The translations under genes and the position numbers were made by a program. Below the pieces are notes generated by a model. That model did no database searches, was not told the origin of the DNA, and worked only from the letters and a program-made list of their open reading frames with translations. A stretch of DNA of 64,000 bases from an uncultured Acidimicrobiaceae bacterium (GTDB lineage Bacteria > Actinomycetota > Acidimicrobiia > Acidimicrobiales > RAAP-2). This document shows, one piece after another, positions 1 to 8,794 of the stretch. The first letter of the stretch is position 1; each line of letters starts with the position of its first letter. The stretch spans positions 165,573-229,572 of the forward strand of contig CAVSTF010000016.1 in the NCBI GenBank assembly GCA_963730785.1. The letters are read 5' to 3'.

Positions 1-709
1 CGGCCAGTCCGCCGGCGATCGGGACCAGGTTGTTGACCAACGTCGAAACGCCCGCGGTCTCCAACACGCGTCCGCGTTGGAAGGCCATCTGCAGCGCCAC
101 AAAGCCCAGCGCGGCGCATCCGGCCAACACCGGAATCCACCAGGGACCATTGCCACCGACGGCGCCCTTGGTGGCCACATCACCCACCCCGAAGAGAAGG
201 CCGGCCGCACAGCCCAGTACCGGGCCGTTGCGCGAGATTTTTGAAGAGGCCAGCGACAAACCACCGGCAATGACGATGCCGATCACCACCACCAACAAGA
301 GGATCGAGTTCCGGGCTGGGTGTGACGACGGGACGTGACCGGCCACCGACAGGCCGAGCAATAGCAGGCCGAAGACCGCGACGGCGGCCCCGATCTTCTC
401 CCGACGTTCCAGCGGCTGACCCAGCCGATGCACCAACACCGCAAGCACGCCGACCCCTCCGGCCGAGGTGGCCTGGACCAACGACAAGGGGGCGAACCAG
501 AGCGCGGCGATGTAGAGACCCCAACCGACCCAGCCGGCGGCCCAGCCGGCCAACCACTGTCGATTGGTGACCAGCATGCGCAACGACGCCAAAGGATTTC
601 GAAGCTTGAGCTCGTGCAAGGTGTTGGCCGCGCCATGTTGGGCGTAAAAGCCGATGTTGAGTGCTCCGGCGGCCAACAGGGCCAGCACCAGGCCGACAGC
701 CAGTTTCAT
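1..709 (-). CDS. polytopic integral membrane protein, 5' complete, 3' end cut by window edge (DMT/EamA-like? family uncertain)
   Basis: Absent from the ORF track because it has no stop inside the window. On the minus strand the first ATG after an in-frame TGA is at 709, and the frame stays open to position 1. Translation is MKLAVGLVLALLAAGALNIGFYAQHGAANTLHELKLRNPLASLRMLVTNRQWLAGWAAGWVGWGLYIAALWFAPLSLVQA..., with several long hydrophobic helices. Confidence 0.5.
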   Translation of the reverse strand, partial: MKLAVGLVLALLAAGALNIGFYAQHGAANTLHELKLRNPLASLRMLVTNRQWLAGWAAGWVGWGLYIAALWFAPLSLVQATSAGGVGVLAVLVHRLGQPLERREKIGAAVAVFGLLLLGLSVAGHVPSSHPARNSILLLVVVIGIVIAGGLSLASSKISRNGPVLGCAAGLLFGVGDVATKGAVGGNGPWWIPVLAGCAALGFVALQMAFQRGRVLETAGVSTLVNNLVPIAGGLA

Positions 710-853
710 TGGTGTCTCATCGCCCGGACAGCGCCCTCAGACCCCATCGACCCAGGCTACGGGATCGCCCTCGCTGGCGGAGGGCGGCGGCGCCACCCAG
801 AAGGCCACTTTGTCTTAAGGAGTGGTCCACTGAATGGGGCTCAGACTTCCGAG

Positions 854-927
854 TAGGGACGGAGGGACTCGAACCCTCACTGGAGGCGGTTTAAGCGCCC
901 TGCCTCTGCCGATTGGGCTACGCCCCC
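854..927 (-). tRNA. tRNA-like element: possible pseudo-tRNA or atypical tRNA (anticodon loop CUUAAAC = UAA, discriminator A, but a 5-nt variable loop and weak D-stem)
   Basis: Minus-strand sequence is GGGGGCG-TA-GCC(CAATCGGCAGA)GGC-A-GGGCG(CTTAAAC)CGCCT-CCAGT-GAGGG(TTCGAGT)CCCTC-CGTCCCT-A. The T-arm GGGTTCGAGTCCC is canonical. The acceptor stem needs two G-U pairs. A Leu(UAA) anticodon in a class I scaffold is not a normal tRNA-Leu. Confidence 0.4.
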
Positions 928-984
928 GGAGCAAACAGGATGATCATACGGCCAGGCCATTTACCGCAGCATCTGCCGCGGCAA

Positions 985-2544
985 CTACCGAGCGTTACCC
1001 ATTAGGGGCCGGTACTTCTCCCAAATCGCCAACTCCGGATCCCGCGGTGCCTCTTGCACGCCGGTAAGCGGTCCGAAGACCATGGTCTGGCGTGACGCCG
1101 GTTCCCACTGCGGCCACTCCCCCAACTCGTCATGCGATGGATCGCCCCGATGGGCGAACGCCAGCCAGGCCCGCTGCATCCGGCTGGACAGCACGTCCAC
1201 TTCCGGGCCACTGCCCGAAAACAACTGGACGGCCGGCACGTGCACGGCCCCGAACACGAACGGCAATTCGAGGGCGTGGGTCGAACCCAACACCCCGCCG
1301 AAGGCCGGTGATTCCCAGTCGAAGAGGTACACGTACGTGCGCGCACCTTCCGCGCCTTGGGCGGCGGCCAATTCGAAACTGGGCCACCGGAAGACGCAGT
1401 CGGTGCCCGCAGCCACCCATAGGTCACGGGTCTCAACCGCCTCCGAGCGGGCCAGTCGTGCCGAGCGGTAGTCCTCCAGCAATTCTTCGGCCGGAATGTC
1501 AGGGGCCGAGGTGGCCAACCAGCGGATCGTGCCCTTCACGTCCAGATTGGCCAACGCCGGGTTGCCCAAACCGAAGAGCGTGAGTTCGTCCCGGTTGGTG
1601 CCGATGATCAGATCCACGCCATGGGCCGATCCGCCCTTCACGGCACTCAGCGGATGCTGAGGAATGAACGCACCATCGACCACCGGTAGGAACGGCAGTG
1701 AAATGAGTCCGGGATCCGGACGGTGCTTGGACACGACGTCGGTGGCCGCCACCAGTTCGGCCGGTGGGACGTCAGCCAATGACGCACGGGTGCAATCCGG
1801 CACACCCAGCGCCTCAGCTAAGCGACCGGCTGCCCGTTCGGCCTCTTCCACCGTGTGCATGTGGATGCCGCCACTTTGCACGATGGCCCGCCGAAAGAGA
1901 CCGGCCGCGCCCGGCGTTCCCAACAATGTGGCCACGCTGAAGCCTCCGGCCGACTCGCCGAAGATGGTGACGTTGTCGGGATCGCCCCCAAAGCCAGCGA
2001 TGTGGTCACGCACCCACCGCAACGCCGCCACTTGGTCCTGCAGGCCCCAGTTGCCGACGAGGCCATCCGGATCGCCTAGGTCGCGATGACCCAGGAAGCC
2101 GAGGGCACCCAACCGGTAGTTGATGGTGACCACCACCACGTCACCGTTTCGAACCAGGGCGCCGCCCCGGTAGAGAAAGACCGAACCGCTCCCCCCGGTG
2201 AAGCCACCACCGTGGATCCACACCATGACCGGCCGTCCGGTGGAACCTGGTTGCTCGGGCAACTCGGGTGTCCACACATTCAGGGTGAGGCAATCCTCGC
2301 TCTGGGCCTCGGCCGCAGCCGGATCGGACGGGCTCGTGATGCCCCCCATGGCCACCGCCTGGGGCGCAATCGCTCCAAAGGTGTCGGCGTCGCGCACGCC
2401 CTCCCACGGGATCGGTGGTTGCGGCGGGCGCCAGCGCAACTCGCCCGTAGGCGGAGCGGCGTAGGGAATGCCGGAGAACGACCACACGTCGCCGCGCCAC
2501 ACACCGCGCACACGACCTCCGGCTACCTCGACGATCTGGTCCAT
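985..2544 (-). CDS. carboxylesterase type B (para-nitrobenzyl esterase-like)
   Basis: 519 aa. Oxyanion-hole motif WIHGGGF and nucleophile elbow GESAGG are typical of the type-B carboxylesterase/lipase family. Confidence 0.85.
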   Translation of the reverse strand: MDQIVEVAGGRVRGVWRGDVWSFSGIPYAAPPTGELRWRPPQPPIPWEGVRDADTFGAIAPQAVAMGGITSPSDPAAAEAQSEDCLTLNVWTPELPEQPGSTGRPVMVWIHGGGFTGGSGSVFLYRGGALVRNGDVVVVTINYRLGALGFLGHRDLGDPDGLVGNWGLQDQVAALRWVRDHIAGFGGDPDNVTIFGESAGGFSVATLLGTPGAAGLFRRAIVQSGGIHMHTVEEAERAAGRLAEALGVPDCTRASLADVPPAELVAATDVVSKHRPDPGLISLPFLPVVDGAFIPQHPLSAVKGGSAHGVDLIIGTNRDELTLFGLGNPALANLDVKGTIRWLATSAPDIPAEELLEDYRSARLARSEAVETRDLWVAAGTDCVFRWPSFELAAAQGAEGARTYVYLFDWESPAFGGVLGSTHALELPFVFGAVHVPAVQLFSGSGPEVDVLSSRMQRAWLAFAHRGDPSHDELGEWPQWEPASRQTMVFGPLTGVQEAPRDPELAIWEKYRPLMGNAR

Positions 2545-2624
2545 GGCTGCACCCTAAAGACACCCCCAGGCGCGGTCAATCATGCTCGGGGTCGCACCAG
2601 CGTCACCCAGGGGCAACGTCGAAA

Positions 2625-3962
2625 TTGGATGCCCCAATTCTTGGAGCTCCACGGGTTAATGTTTCGCCAGTGGCAGCAGTGAATTGTCGGAACACTGGCC
2701 GCCGTGGAATTCGCACCCAACTGGTCAGCGGAGCCCTCGTCGCCTCTTTGCTCGGGCTCATCGGCGCTGGAACGTCAGAGCTCGCGGGTTTCTACGCGCC
2801 CGAAGTTGGAGCCACCACACCCACCACCACACCGGGTCCCGCGCCCAACCAATCGCAGATCAATTCCACCAAATCACAGGTGGCCAGCATTGAGGCCACC
2901 CTGACGCAGGAAGAGGAGCAGACCCAGCGCCTGGACGACGCCTATGACACCGCGCTGGAGAACCTGCAGTCGGCGCAGACTGCATTGCAGACGATCACCG
3001 CGGCCATCACGCAGACCAAGTCCAAGGTGGCCGTTGACCGGCAGCACCTGACCAATGACGCCATCAAGGCGTACATCTTCGGCACACCGCAGACCCAGTT
3101 CGCCTCGCTCTTCTCGTCGTCGGCCACGTTGGGCAACGCCAGAACTCAGTACACCCAACAAATTGTGGGCAACCTCAATCAAGCGCGCAATCAGCTCCAA
3201 TCCCAGGTCTCCCACTTGAACGCGCAGAAGACCCAGGAAGCAGCCGCCGCCGCCCAGGCCCAGAGCGAAGCATCGCAAGAGAAGTCGTTGGCCCAGTCCA
3301 ATGCAGCCGAGGCCGCCGCCACCCAGAAGACACTCGGCTCGGTACAGGGACAGTTGGCCCAAGAAGTCGCCGCCGCGGCAGTGGAGGAAGCTCAGCAAGA
3401 AGCAGCGGCGGCGGCCAAGGCAGCCAGCGCGGCCCAAGCCCAAAAGGCCGCGGAAGCGGCGGCTGCCGCGGCTGCTGTTGCCGGCACCGTCGGTGGCTCA
3501 TCGAGCGGTGCCGCGGCCACGACAGCCGTCAACGCGGTCAGCCATCCCACCACCGGCCCGGTGGAGGGGTCCAGCTCGGGAGGATCCGGTGGCATGGCTG
3601 CCGTCCAGGCCGCCATTTCCCAGCTGGGTGTGCCGTACGTGTTCGGTGGCGAATCTCCCGGCTCAGGCTTCGACTGCTCCGGTCTCGTCCAGTGGGCCTG
3701 GGGTAAAGCAGGCGTATCCATACCCCGCACGACCGAATCGCAGTGGCCGGCCCTGACCCACGTGTCGCTCAGTGCGCTCGAGCCCGGCGACCTGCTCTTC
3801 TATTACAACCTGGATGGCGACGACGAAGTCGACCACGTGGTCATGTACGTCGGTTCCGGTCCCTACGGCACCAACACCATCATTCAGGCCCCCTTCACCG
3901 GCGCCGATGTCTCGTACTCCCCGATCTACACCTCGGGACTCATCGGCGCCGCACGCCCGTAG
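2625..3962 (+). CDS. NlpC/P60 peptidoglycan endopeptidase with long N-terminal Ala/Gln-rich coiled-coil (RipA-like)
   Basis: C-terminal DCSGLVQWAW...HVVMYVG is the NlpC/P60 Cys-His core. An N-terminal TM/signal region is followed by ~250 aa of low-complexity coiled-coil. The true start may lie downstream of 2625. Confidence 0.85.
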   Translation: MDAPILGAPRVNVSPVAAVNCRNTGRRGIRTQLVSGALVASLLGLIGAGTSELAGFYAPEVGATTPTTTPGPAPNQSQINSTKSQVASIEATLTQEEEQTQRLDDAYDTALENLQSAQTALQTITAAITQTKSKVAVDRQHLTNDAIKAYIFGTPQTQFASLFSSSATLGNARTQYTQQIVGNLNQARNQLQSQVSHLNAQKTQEAAAAAQAQSEASQEKSLAQSNAAEAAATQKTLGSVQGQLAQEVAAAAVEEAQQEAAAAAKAASAAQAQKAAEAAAAAAAVAGTVGGSSSGAAATTAVNAVSHPTTGPVEGSSSGGSGGMAAVQAAISQLGVPYVFGGESPGSGFDCSGLVQWAWGKAGVSIPRTTESQWPALTHVSLSALEPGDLLFYYNLDGDDEVDHVVMYVGSGPYGTNTIIQAPFTGADVSYSPIYTSGLIGAARP

Positions 3963-4009
3963 GGGCCACCCGACCTCGCAGGCCACTTCAATCGGGCCAC
4001 AATGGGGAG

Positions 4010-5029
4010 ATGACCGAGAGCCAGTCGGGTGCGCTCTCGCTGTCGCTGGTCATTCCAGCCTTCAACGAAAGCCTTCGCTTAGCCGACGGTCTGGCCCGAC
4101 TCAACGAGGCCATTACGGCCGGGGCCATCGACCCATCCACTACTGAATTCGTCATCGTCGACGACGGCAGTTCGGACGACACCGCCGGCAAGGCCGCCGA
4201 GCTCTTCGGCCAATTTCCTCACCTGCAGATCATCCGGCTGCCCGAGAACAAAGGCAAGGGAGCAGCAGTTCGAGCCGGCGTGTCGGCCGCACGCGGTGCC
4301 GTGATTGCCTTCGCCGATGCGGACATGGCCATCGATCCGGGGCAGACACCGGAGTTTCTCGCTGCCCTCACCACGTCCGACATCGCCATTGGGACCAGAG
4401 CGGCTGTGGGCGCCTCCGTTGATCGACCCAGCCTGCGCCGATCGGTGATGAACCGGGCCTTCAATCAAATGGTCAATGCCATGACCCGATTGTCACTGCA
4501 GGACACCCAGTGTGGTTTCAAGGCCTTTCGAGCTCCGGCGGCCAAACTCCTCTTTCATTGCAGCGTCACCGAACGCTTCGCCTTTGACGTCGAGGTGCTC
4601 ATGCTGGCCCGCCGGTTGGGTTTCGATATCGGCGAAGTCCCCGTCCATTGGCTCCGGGTGGAGGGCAGTCGGATCCGACCGGTGGCCGACGCCATTTCGA
4701 TGGCCCGGGATGTCCTCCGTGCGACGCGTGGTTCGAACATCGCTCCTCCGGTCGTGGCCCTTTCCGTCAAAGTGCCCTCCACCACGGACTCCGTGAACGA
4801 CCTAGTGGTCACCGGCCTTTCGGCCCGCCTTCCGATGATTGAGGGGGAAGACGGTTCCATTGTCGTGCTCTGTCCACTGATGACGGACGATGACATCACA
4901 TTGACCGTGCGCCACATAGGCGATGCCATCCCCGGAGCGGCCGTTGAGAAATCCTTGCTCACCGTGGCCCAGCTGGGTGCCCTCTCCCCCTTGGTCCTTC
5001 CCTGGGCCAAGTCCCGTATTGCGCCCTGA
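4010..5029 (+). CDS. GT2 polyprenol-phosphate glycosyltransferase (dolichol-P-mannose/glucose synthase-like) with ~110 aa C-terminal extension
   Basis: MTESQSGALSLSLVIPAFNE...VIVDDGSSDDT carries the GT-A DXD signature. The track ORF starts at 3743 but overlaps the upstream gene; the in-frame ATG at 4010 gives a typical N-terminus. Confidence 0.8.
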   Translation: MTESQSGALSLSLVIPAFNESLRLADGLARLNEAITAGAIDPSTTEFVIVDDGSSDDTAGKAAELFGQFPHLQIIRLPENKGKGAAVRAGVSAARGAVIAFADADMAIDPGQTPEFLAALTTSDIAIGTRAAVGASVDRPSLRRSVMNRAFNQMVNAMTRLSLQDTQCGFKAFRAPAAKLLFHCSVTERFAFDVEVLMLARRLGFDIGEVPVHWLRVEGSRIRPVADAISMARDVLRATRGSNIAPPVVALSVKVPSTTDSVNDLVVTGLSARLPMIEGEDGSIVVLCPLMTDDDITLTVRHIGDAIPGAAVEKSLLTVAQLGALSPLVLPWAKSRIAP

Positions 5030-5085
5030 ATTCCACTGAAATCCTTCGTTAAGTCGACGGCTCCCCGTGTCACTACGATGGACTG

Positions 5086-5967
5086 GTGACTCAAGGGCGC
5101 CCCGTCACCACCGAAAAGAAACGCTCCACGGACATAGTGCCGATTCGAATTCCCGCCGAAACGACTGAACCGGTGCCCGATCCTCGACTTTCCGATGTCG
5201 ATGAGTGGGGCCGCTCGGAGAAGACCCGGGCTCTCGTCCGTGCCCTGTACGAACCGATCTATTCCAAGTGGTTTCGAGCGGAATGGGAAGGCTTGGAGAA
5301 GATCCCGACCGATGGGGGCGCCCTGTTGGTCGCCAATCATGCCGGCGCCATCCCGTCCGATGCCCCGGTGATCATGCATGGCATTGAGAAGGAACTTGAG
5401 CGCCCGGTCTACGGGATGGCCGACTATTTCTTCCGCACGGTCCCGGTCGTGGGCACGCTGTGGGCGCGGGCCGGGGGCGTTTCAGCCCGTCCGGGCAACG
5501 CCTACCGACTCCTCAAAGAACAGCAGCAGTTGGCGCTCGTCTTCCCCGAAGGCACCAAGGGACCCTCCAAGTCGTTCACCGATCGATACCAGTTGCGTCG
5601 GTTCGGCCGTGGGGGCTTCGTTGAGATCGCCATGCGGGCGGGGGTGCCCATCGTCCCCATCGCTGTCATTGGATCGGAAGAAGCCATGCCGGTGGTGTGG
5701 CGACTGCCCACCGTGGCCAAGGCGCTGGGTCTCCCCTACTTTCCGATCACGGCCAACTTGCTGACCATGGGGCCGCTGGGCATCGTCATGCCGTTCCCGG
5801 CCAAGTTCAAACTGCGCGTACTTGACCCGGTGTACTTCGACGTCCCGGCCGACCAGGAGCGCTACTCGAAGAGTCGGGTGATGGAAGAGGCCGAGCACAT
5901 CCGGGCCAACTTGCAGGAGAACGTGTACGACATGCTGCGCGACCGTCGCAGCGTCTGGTTCGGATAA
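5086..5967 (+). CDS. lysophospholipid (1-acyl-sn-glycerol-3-phosphate) acyltransferase family protein
   Basis: LVANHAGAIPSD (H-x-D block) and FPEGTKG (block III) are PlsC-family motifs. Confidence 0.8.
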   Translation: MTQGRPVTTEKKRSTDIVPIRIPAETTEPVPDPRLSDVDEWGRSEKTRALVRALYEPIYSKWFRAEWEGLEKIPTDGGALLVANHAGAIPSDAPVIMHGIEKELERPVYGMADYFFRTVPVVGTLWARAGGVSARPGNAYRLLKEQQQLALVFPEGTKGPSKSFTDRYQLRRFGRGGFVEIAMRAGVPIVPIAVIGSEEAMPVVWRLPTVAKALGLPYFPITANLLTMGPLGIVMPFPAKFKLRVLDPVYFDVPADQERYSKSRVMEEAEHIRANLQENVYDMLRDRRSVWFG

Positions 5968-5969
5968 CC

Positions 5970-7007
5970 GTGGCTCGGCGGGTACTGGTCACTGGAGCCG
6001 ACACCTTTTGGGGTGGGCGGATGATCCAAGCCCTCGAAGGCGACCCGAGCATGGACGTCATCCTCGGCATGGGCGCCAAAATGCCGTCGGTGCCGTTCGA
6101 GCGGGCTGAGTTCGTCCGTACCGACCAGAACTACTCCATCCTCAATCGGATTGTGAAGGCGACCCAGGTCGACACCATCCTCCACACCTTCATGATCACC
6201 AACTCGGCCACCCTGTCGAACCGGGCCATGCACGAGATCAATGTCATCGGGACGATGAACCTGCTCGCCGCGGCCGGCGCGCCAGGATCGACGGTGCGCC
6301 ACATTGTGGTGAAGTCCTCCACCCTTGTCTACGGCTCATCGGCCAGCGATCCCAGCACCTTCCATGAGGACACGCCTCGGACCAGTCCGGCCCGCAACAG
6401 CGTGGAGCGAGCCCTCATTGAAGCCGAGGGCCTCGTGCGCGACTTCTCTGAGGACAACCCCTCAACCCTGGTGACGGTCCTCCGCTTTGCCAACGTCTTG
6501 GGCACTCACCTGACCACACCGATCAGCCGCAACCTGTCCCGGCCGGTCTGCCCTTCCATTTTTGGCTACGACCCCATGTTGCAGTTCGTCGAGCAAGACG
6601 ACGTGGTCCGGGCCCTCCTCCATGTGACCCGAGGCAGCATTCCCGGTCTCTACAACGTGGCCGGGGACGGACGACTGCCCTGGAGCGAAGTGGCCAGCAT
6701 CTGTGGAACCCGGCTGGTCCCGCTGTCACCGTTCAGCCCGCTGAAGATCCGACCACTCTCGAGGCTGTTCGACCTGCCCCCCGAACTCGAGGACCTCCTG
6801 CGTTACGGGCGTGGCGTCGACACCCGGCGACTGGCCGCAACCGGATTCGAGTACACGGCTACCAGTGCCGGGGCGGTACAGAGTTTCATTAAGGCGTTGC
6901 GCCTGCGCCGCAGCTCGGGCAAGACGCCCAGCTCGTACACCTACGAACACGACGTGGAGCAGTTCTTCCGGCACTCACCTTCGGTGACCGGCGCGCCGGA
7001 CCGCTAA
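5970..7007 (+). CDS. NAD-dependent epimerase/dehydratase (SDR family)
   Basis: N-terminal VLVTGADTFWGG Rossmann motif. Start is 3 nt after the upstream stop, suggesting an operon with the GT2 and acyltransferase. Confidence 0.8.
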   Translation: MARRVLVTGADTFWGGRMIQALEGDPSMDVILGMGAKMPSVPFERAEFVRTDQNYSILNRIVKATQVDTILHTFMITNSATLSNRAMHEINVIGTMNLLAAAGAPGSTVRHIVVKSSTLVYGSSASDPSTFHEDTPRTSPARNSVERALIEAEGLVRDFSEDNPSTLVTVLRFANVLGTHLTTPISRNLSRPVCPSIFGYDPMLQFVEQDDVVRALLHVTRGSIPGLYNVAGDGRLPWSEVASICGTRLVPLSPFSPLKIRPLSRLFDLPPELEDLLRYGRGVDTRRLAATGFEYTATSAGAVQSFIKALRLRRSSGKTPSSYTYEHDVEQFFRHSPSVTGAPDR

Positions 7008-7011
7008 CGGC

Positions 7012-7632
7012 TCAGTCGTTCAACCACTCCGTCACCAGGTCGGCCTCGCGGACCGCCCACTCCTCCGATGTCATGGCGTAGCGGGCATGGTCTTCCCAGA
7101 CCCCGTCGATCTCAAGAAAGCGCTCGGCCACGCCCTCCATCCGGATGCCCAACTTCTCCACCACGCGGCGGCTGGCACTGTTCCGCGGGATGATGGAGAT
7201 CTCCACCCGGTGCAGTGAAATCGCTTCAAAGGCGAAGCGCAGGGTGACGACCACCGCTTCTGGGACAATGCCGCGACCGGCCAACGACTCGTCCACCCAG
7301 TAGCCGATGAACGCACTCTGAAACGGACCGCGCTGAATTGACGACAGCGTCACTTCACCGGCAAAACGCTCACCGACGAAGATGCCGAAGCCGTAACCGG
7401 TTCCGAGGTGTCGCTCCCGCTCGCGAATACCGCAGCGAGCGGCGAAACTGGGCCGGTCTTCTGACGGCAGCGGTGCCCCCTTCGGGCGCGGCTCCCAACG
7501 AAGGAGCCATGAGGCACACCGGGTGCGCACTTCATGCCACTCGTCGAAGTCATGCTCGGTCAGGGGTCGCAACATGACCCGTTGACCACGCAGCTCCAAA
7601 GGAGCATGCCGCGAGGTTCTGGCCGCACTCAT
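7012..7632 (-). CDS. GNAT family N-acetyltransferase (RimJ/RimL-like)
   Basis: LELRGQRVMLRPLTEHDFDEWHEV... is typical of ribosomal-protein acetyltransferase-type GNATs. Start chosen at Met 29 of the track ORF, so that it abuts rather than overlaps the upstream gene. Confidence 0.7.
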   Translation of the reverse strand: MSAARTSRHAPLELRGQRVMLRPLTEHDFDEWHEVRTRCASWLLRWEPRPKGAPLPSEDRPSFAARCGIRERERHLGTGYGFGIFVGERFAGEVTLSSIQRGPFQSAFIGYWVDESLAGRGIVPEAVVVTLRFAFEAISLHRVEISIIPRNSASRRVVEKLGIRMEGVAERFLEIDGVWEDHARYAMTSEEWAVREADLVTEWLND

Positions 7633-8717
7633 CGTTCGAGTACCTCTTTCATCGCTCCCAACAACGTCACCACGTTGCGGGGACGGGCAGTGTGCCCCAT
7701 GCAACCGATTCGCCACACCTGGCCAGCCAACTGACCGGCACCGGCGCCAATTTCAATGCCATATCGTTGCAGCAACTGGCGCCTGACATCCGCCTCATCC
7801 ACGCCGGGTGGCACCCGAACCGTGGTCAGTTGCGGCAAGCGGTGAGTGGACTCGGCAAACAGTTCGAGCCCGAGTGCCTCCAGTCCGTTTTGCAATTGCA
7901 GGCCGCACGCCGCGTGGCGCTCCCGGGCCTCGGCAATCCCCTCGCACAAGATGGCGCCCAGACCCGCATGGAGCGCGCCCACCATGGTGACCGGCGCCGT
8001 GTGGTGGTACACACGTCCGCCCTCACGGCCACCATCGACATAACGCGACAACAGATTGAGATCGAGATACCAACTCGATGGTCGCTCCACCAGACGAGCC
8101 CGCGCCCGATCGGACACGGTCAGCGGCGACAGACCCGGTGGAACACCCAGACATTTCTGGGTGCCGCTGTAGACGATGTCGATGTTCCAGTCATCGACCT
8201 TCACTTCGATGCCGCCCAGTGAGGTCACCATGTCGACCACCAGGAGTGCATCTCCCTTGCCCTGGCCGATGGGCGCAATGTCATTGCGAATCCCGGTGGA
8301 CGTCTCGGCATGGACCACCGCAATGATCGCCGGAGAAGGATGGGCGGTCAGCAAGGCCTCCGAATCGATGGCGGTTCCCCACGGGACATCAACCCGAATT
8401 ACCTCAGCCCCGGCTCGCGAAGCCACCTCGCACATTCGCTCGCCGAAGACCCCGTTGACACCCACAACCACCACGTCACCGGGATGCACGAAGTTGACGA
8501 ACGATGCCTCCATGCCAGCCGAACCGGTGCCGCTCACGGGCAGCGTCAGCGCATTGCCAGTCGCGAAAACTTGACGGAGACGATCGTTGGTCTCGTCCAG
8601 CAACGCCAGAAATTCCGGATCGAGGTGGCCCAGGACCGGCCGACCCAGGGCCAGGGTTACCTCCGGGTAAGGATTGGACGGGCCCGGTCCCATGAGCAGT
8701 CGATCGGAAATCGGCAT
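7629..8717 (-). CDS. class V aminotransferase, AGXT (alanine/serine-glyoxylate) family
   Basis: LLMGPGPSNPYPEV N-terminus and the PLP-lysine context SGTQKCLGVPPGLSP. Confidence 0.8.
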   Translation of the reverse strand: MPISDRLLMGPGPSNPYPEVTLALGRPVLGHLDPEFLALLDETNDRLRQVFATGNALTLPVSGTGSAGMEASFVNFVHPGDVVVVGVNGVFGERMCEVASRAGAEVIRVDVPWGTAIDSEALLTAHPSPAIIAVVHAETSTGIRNDIAPIGQGKGDALLVVDMVTSLGGIEVKVDDWNIDIVYSGTQKCLGVPPGLSPLTVSDRARARLVERPSSWYLDLNLLSRYVDGGREGGRVYHHTAPVTMVGALHAGLGAILCEGIAEARERHAACGLQLQNGLEALGLELFAESTHRLPQLTTVRVPPGVDEADVRRQLLQRYGIEIGAGAGQLAGQVWRIGCMGHTARPRNVVTLLGAMKEVLER

Positions 8718-8794
8718 CCGCGCATCGTGACAGGTCCACGCTCACCTGCGCCAACGCGGTCGTCCTGCGGTCGAAGCAGGGGTAGATTGCCTGC

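Noticed and set aside
2545-2700. Possible c-di-AMP (ydaO-type) riboswitch in the leader of the RipA-like NlpC/P60 gene
   Set aside because: The class is known upstream of actinobacterial cell-wall hydrolases, and the leader is ~150 nt. I could not recognise the conserved core or pseudoknot sequences by eye. A cmsearch with RF00379 would decide.
3743-4009. Upstream 89 codons of the track ORF 3743-5029 as part of the GT2 protein
   Set aside because: That segment overlaps the 3' end of the NlpC/P60 gene in another frame and is Arg/Pro-rich. The in-frame ATG at 4010 gives a canonical GT2 N-terminus.
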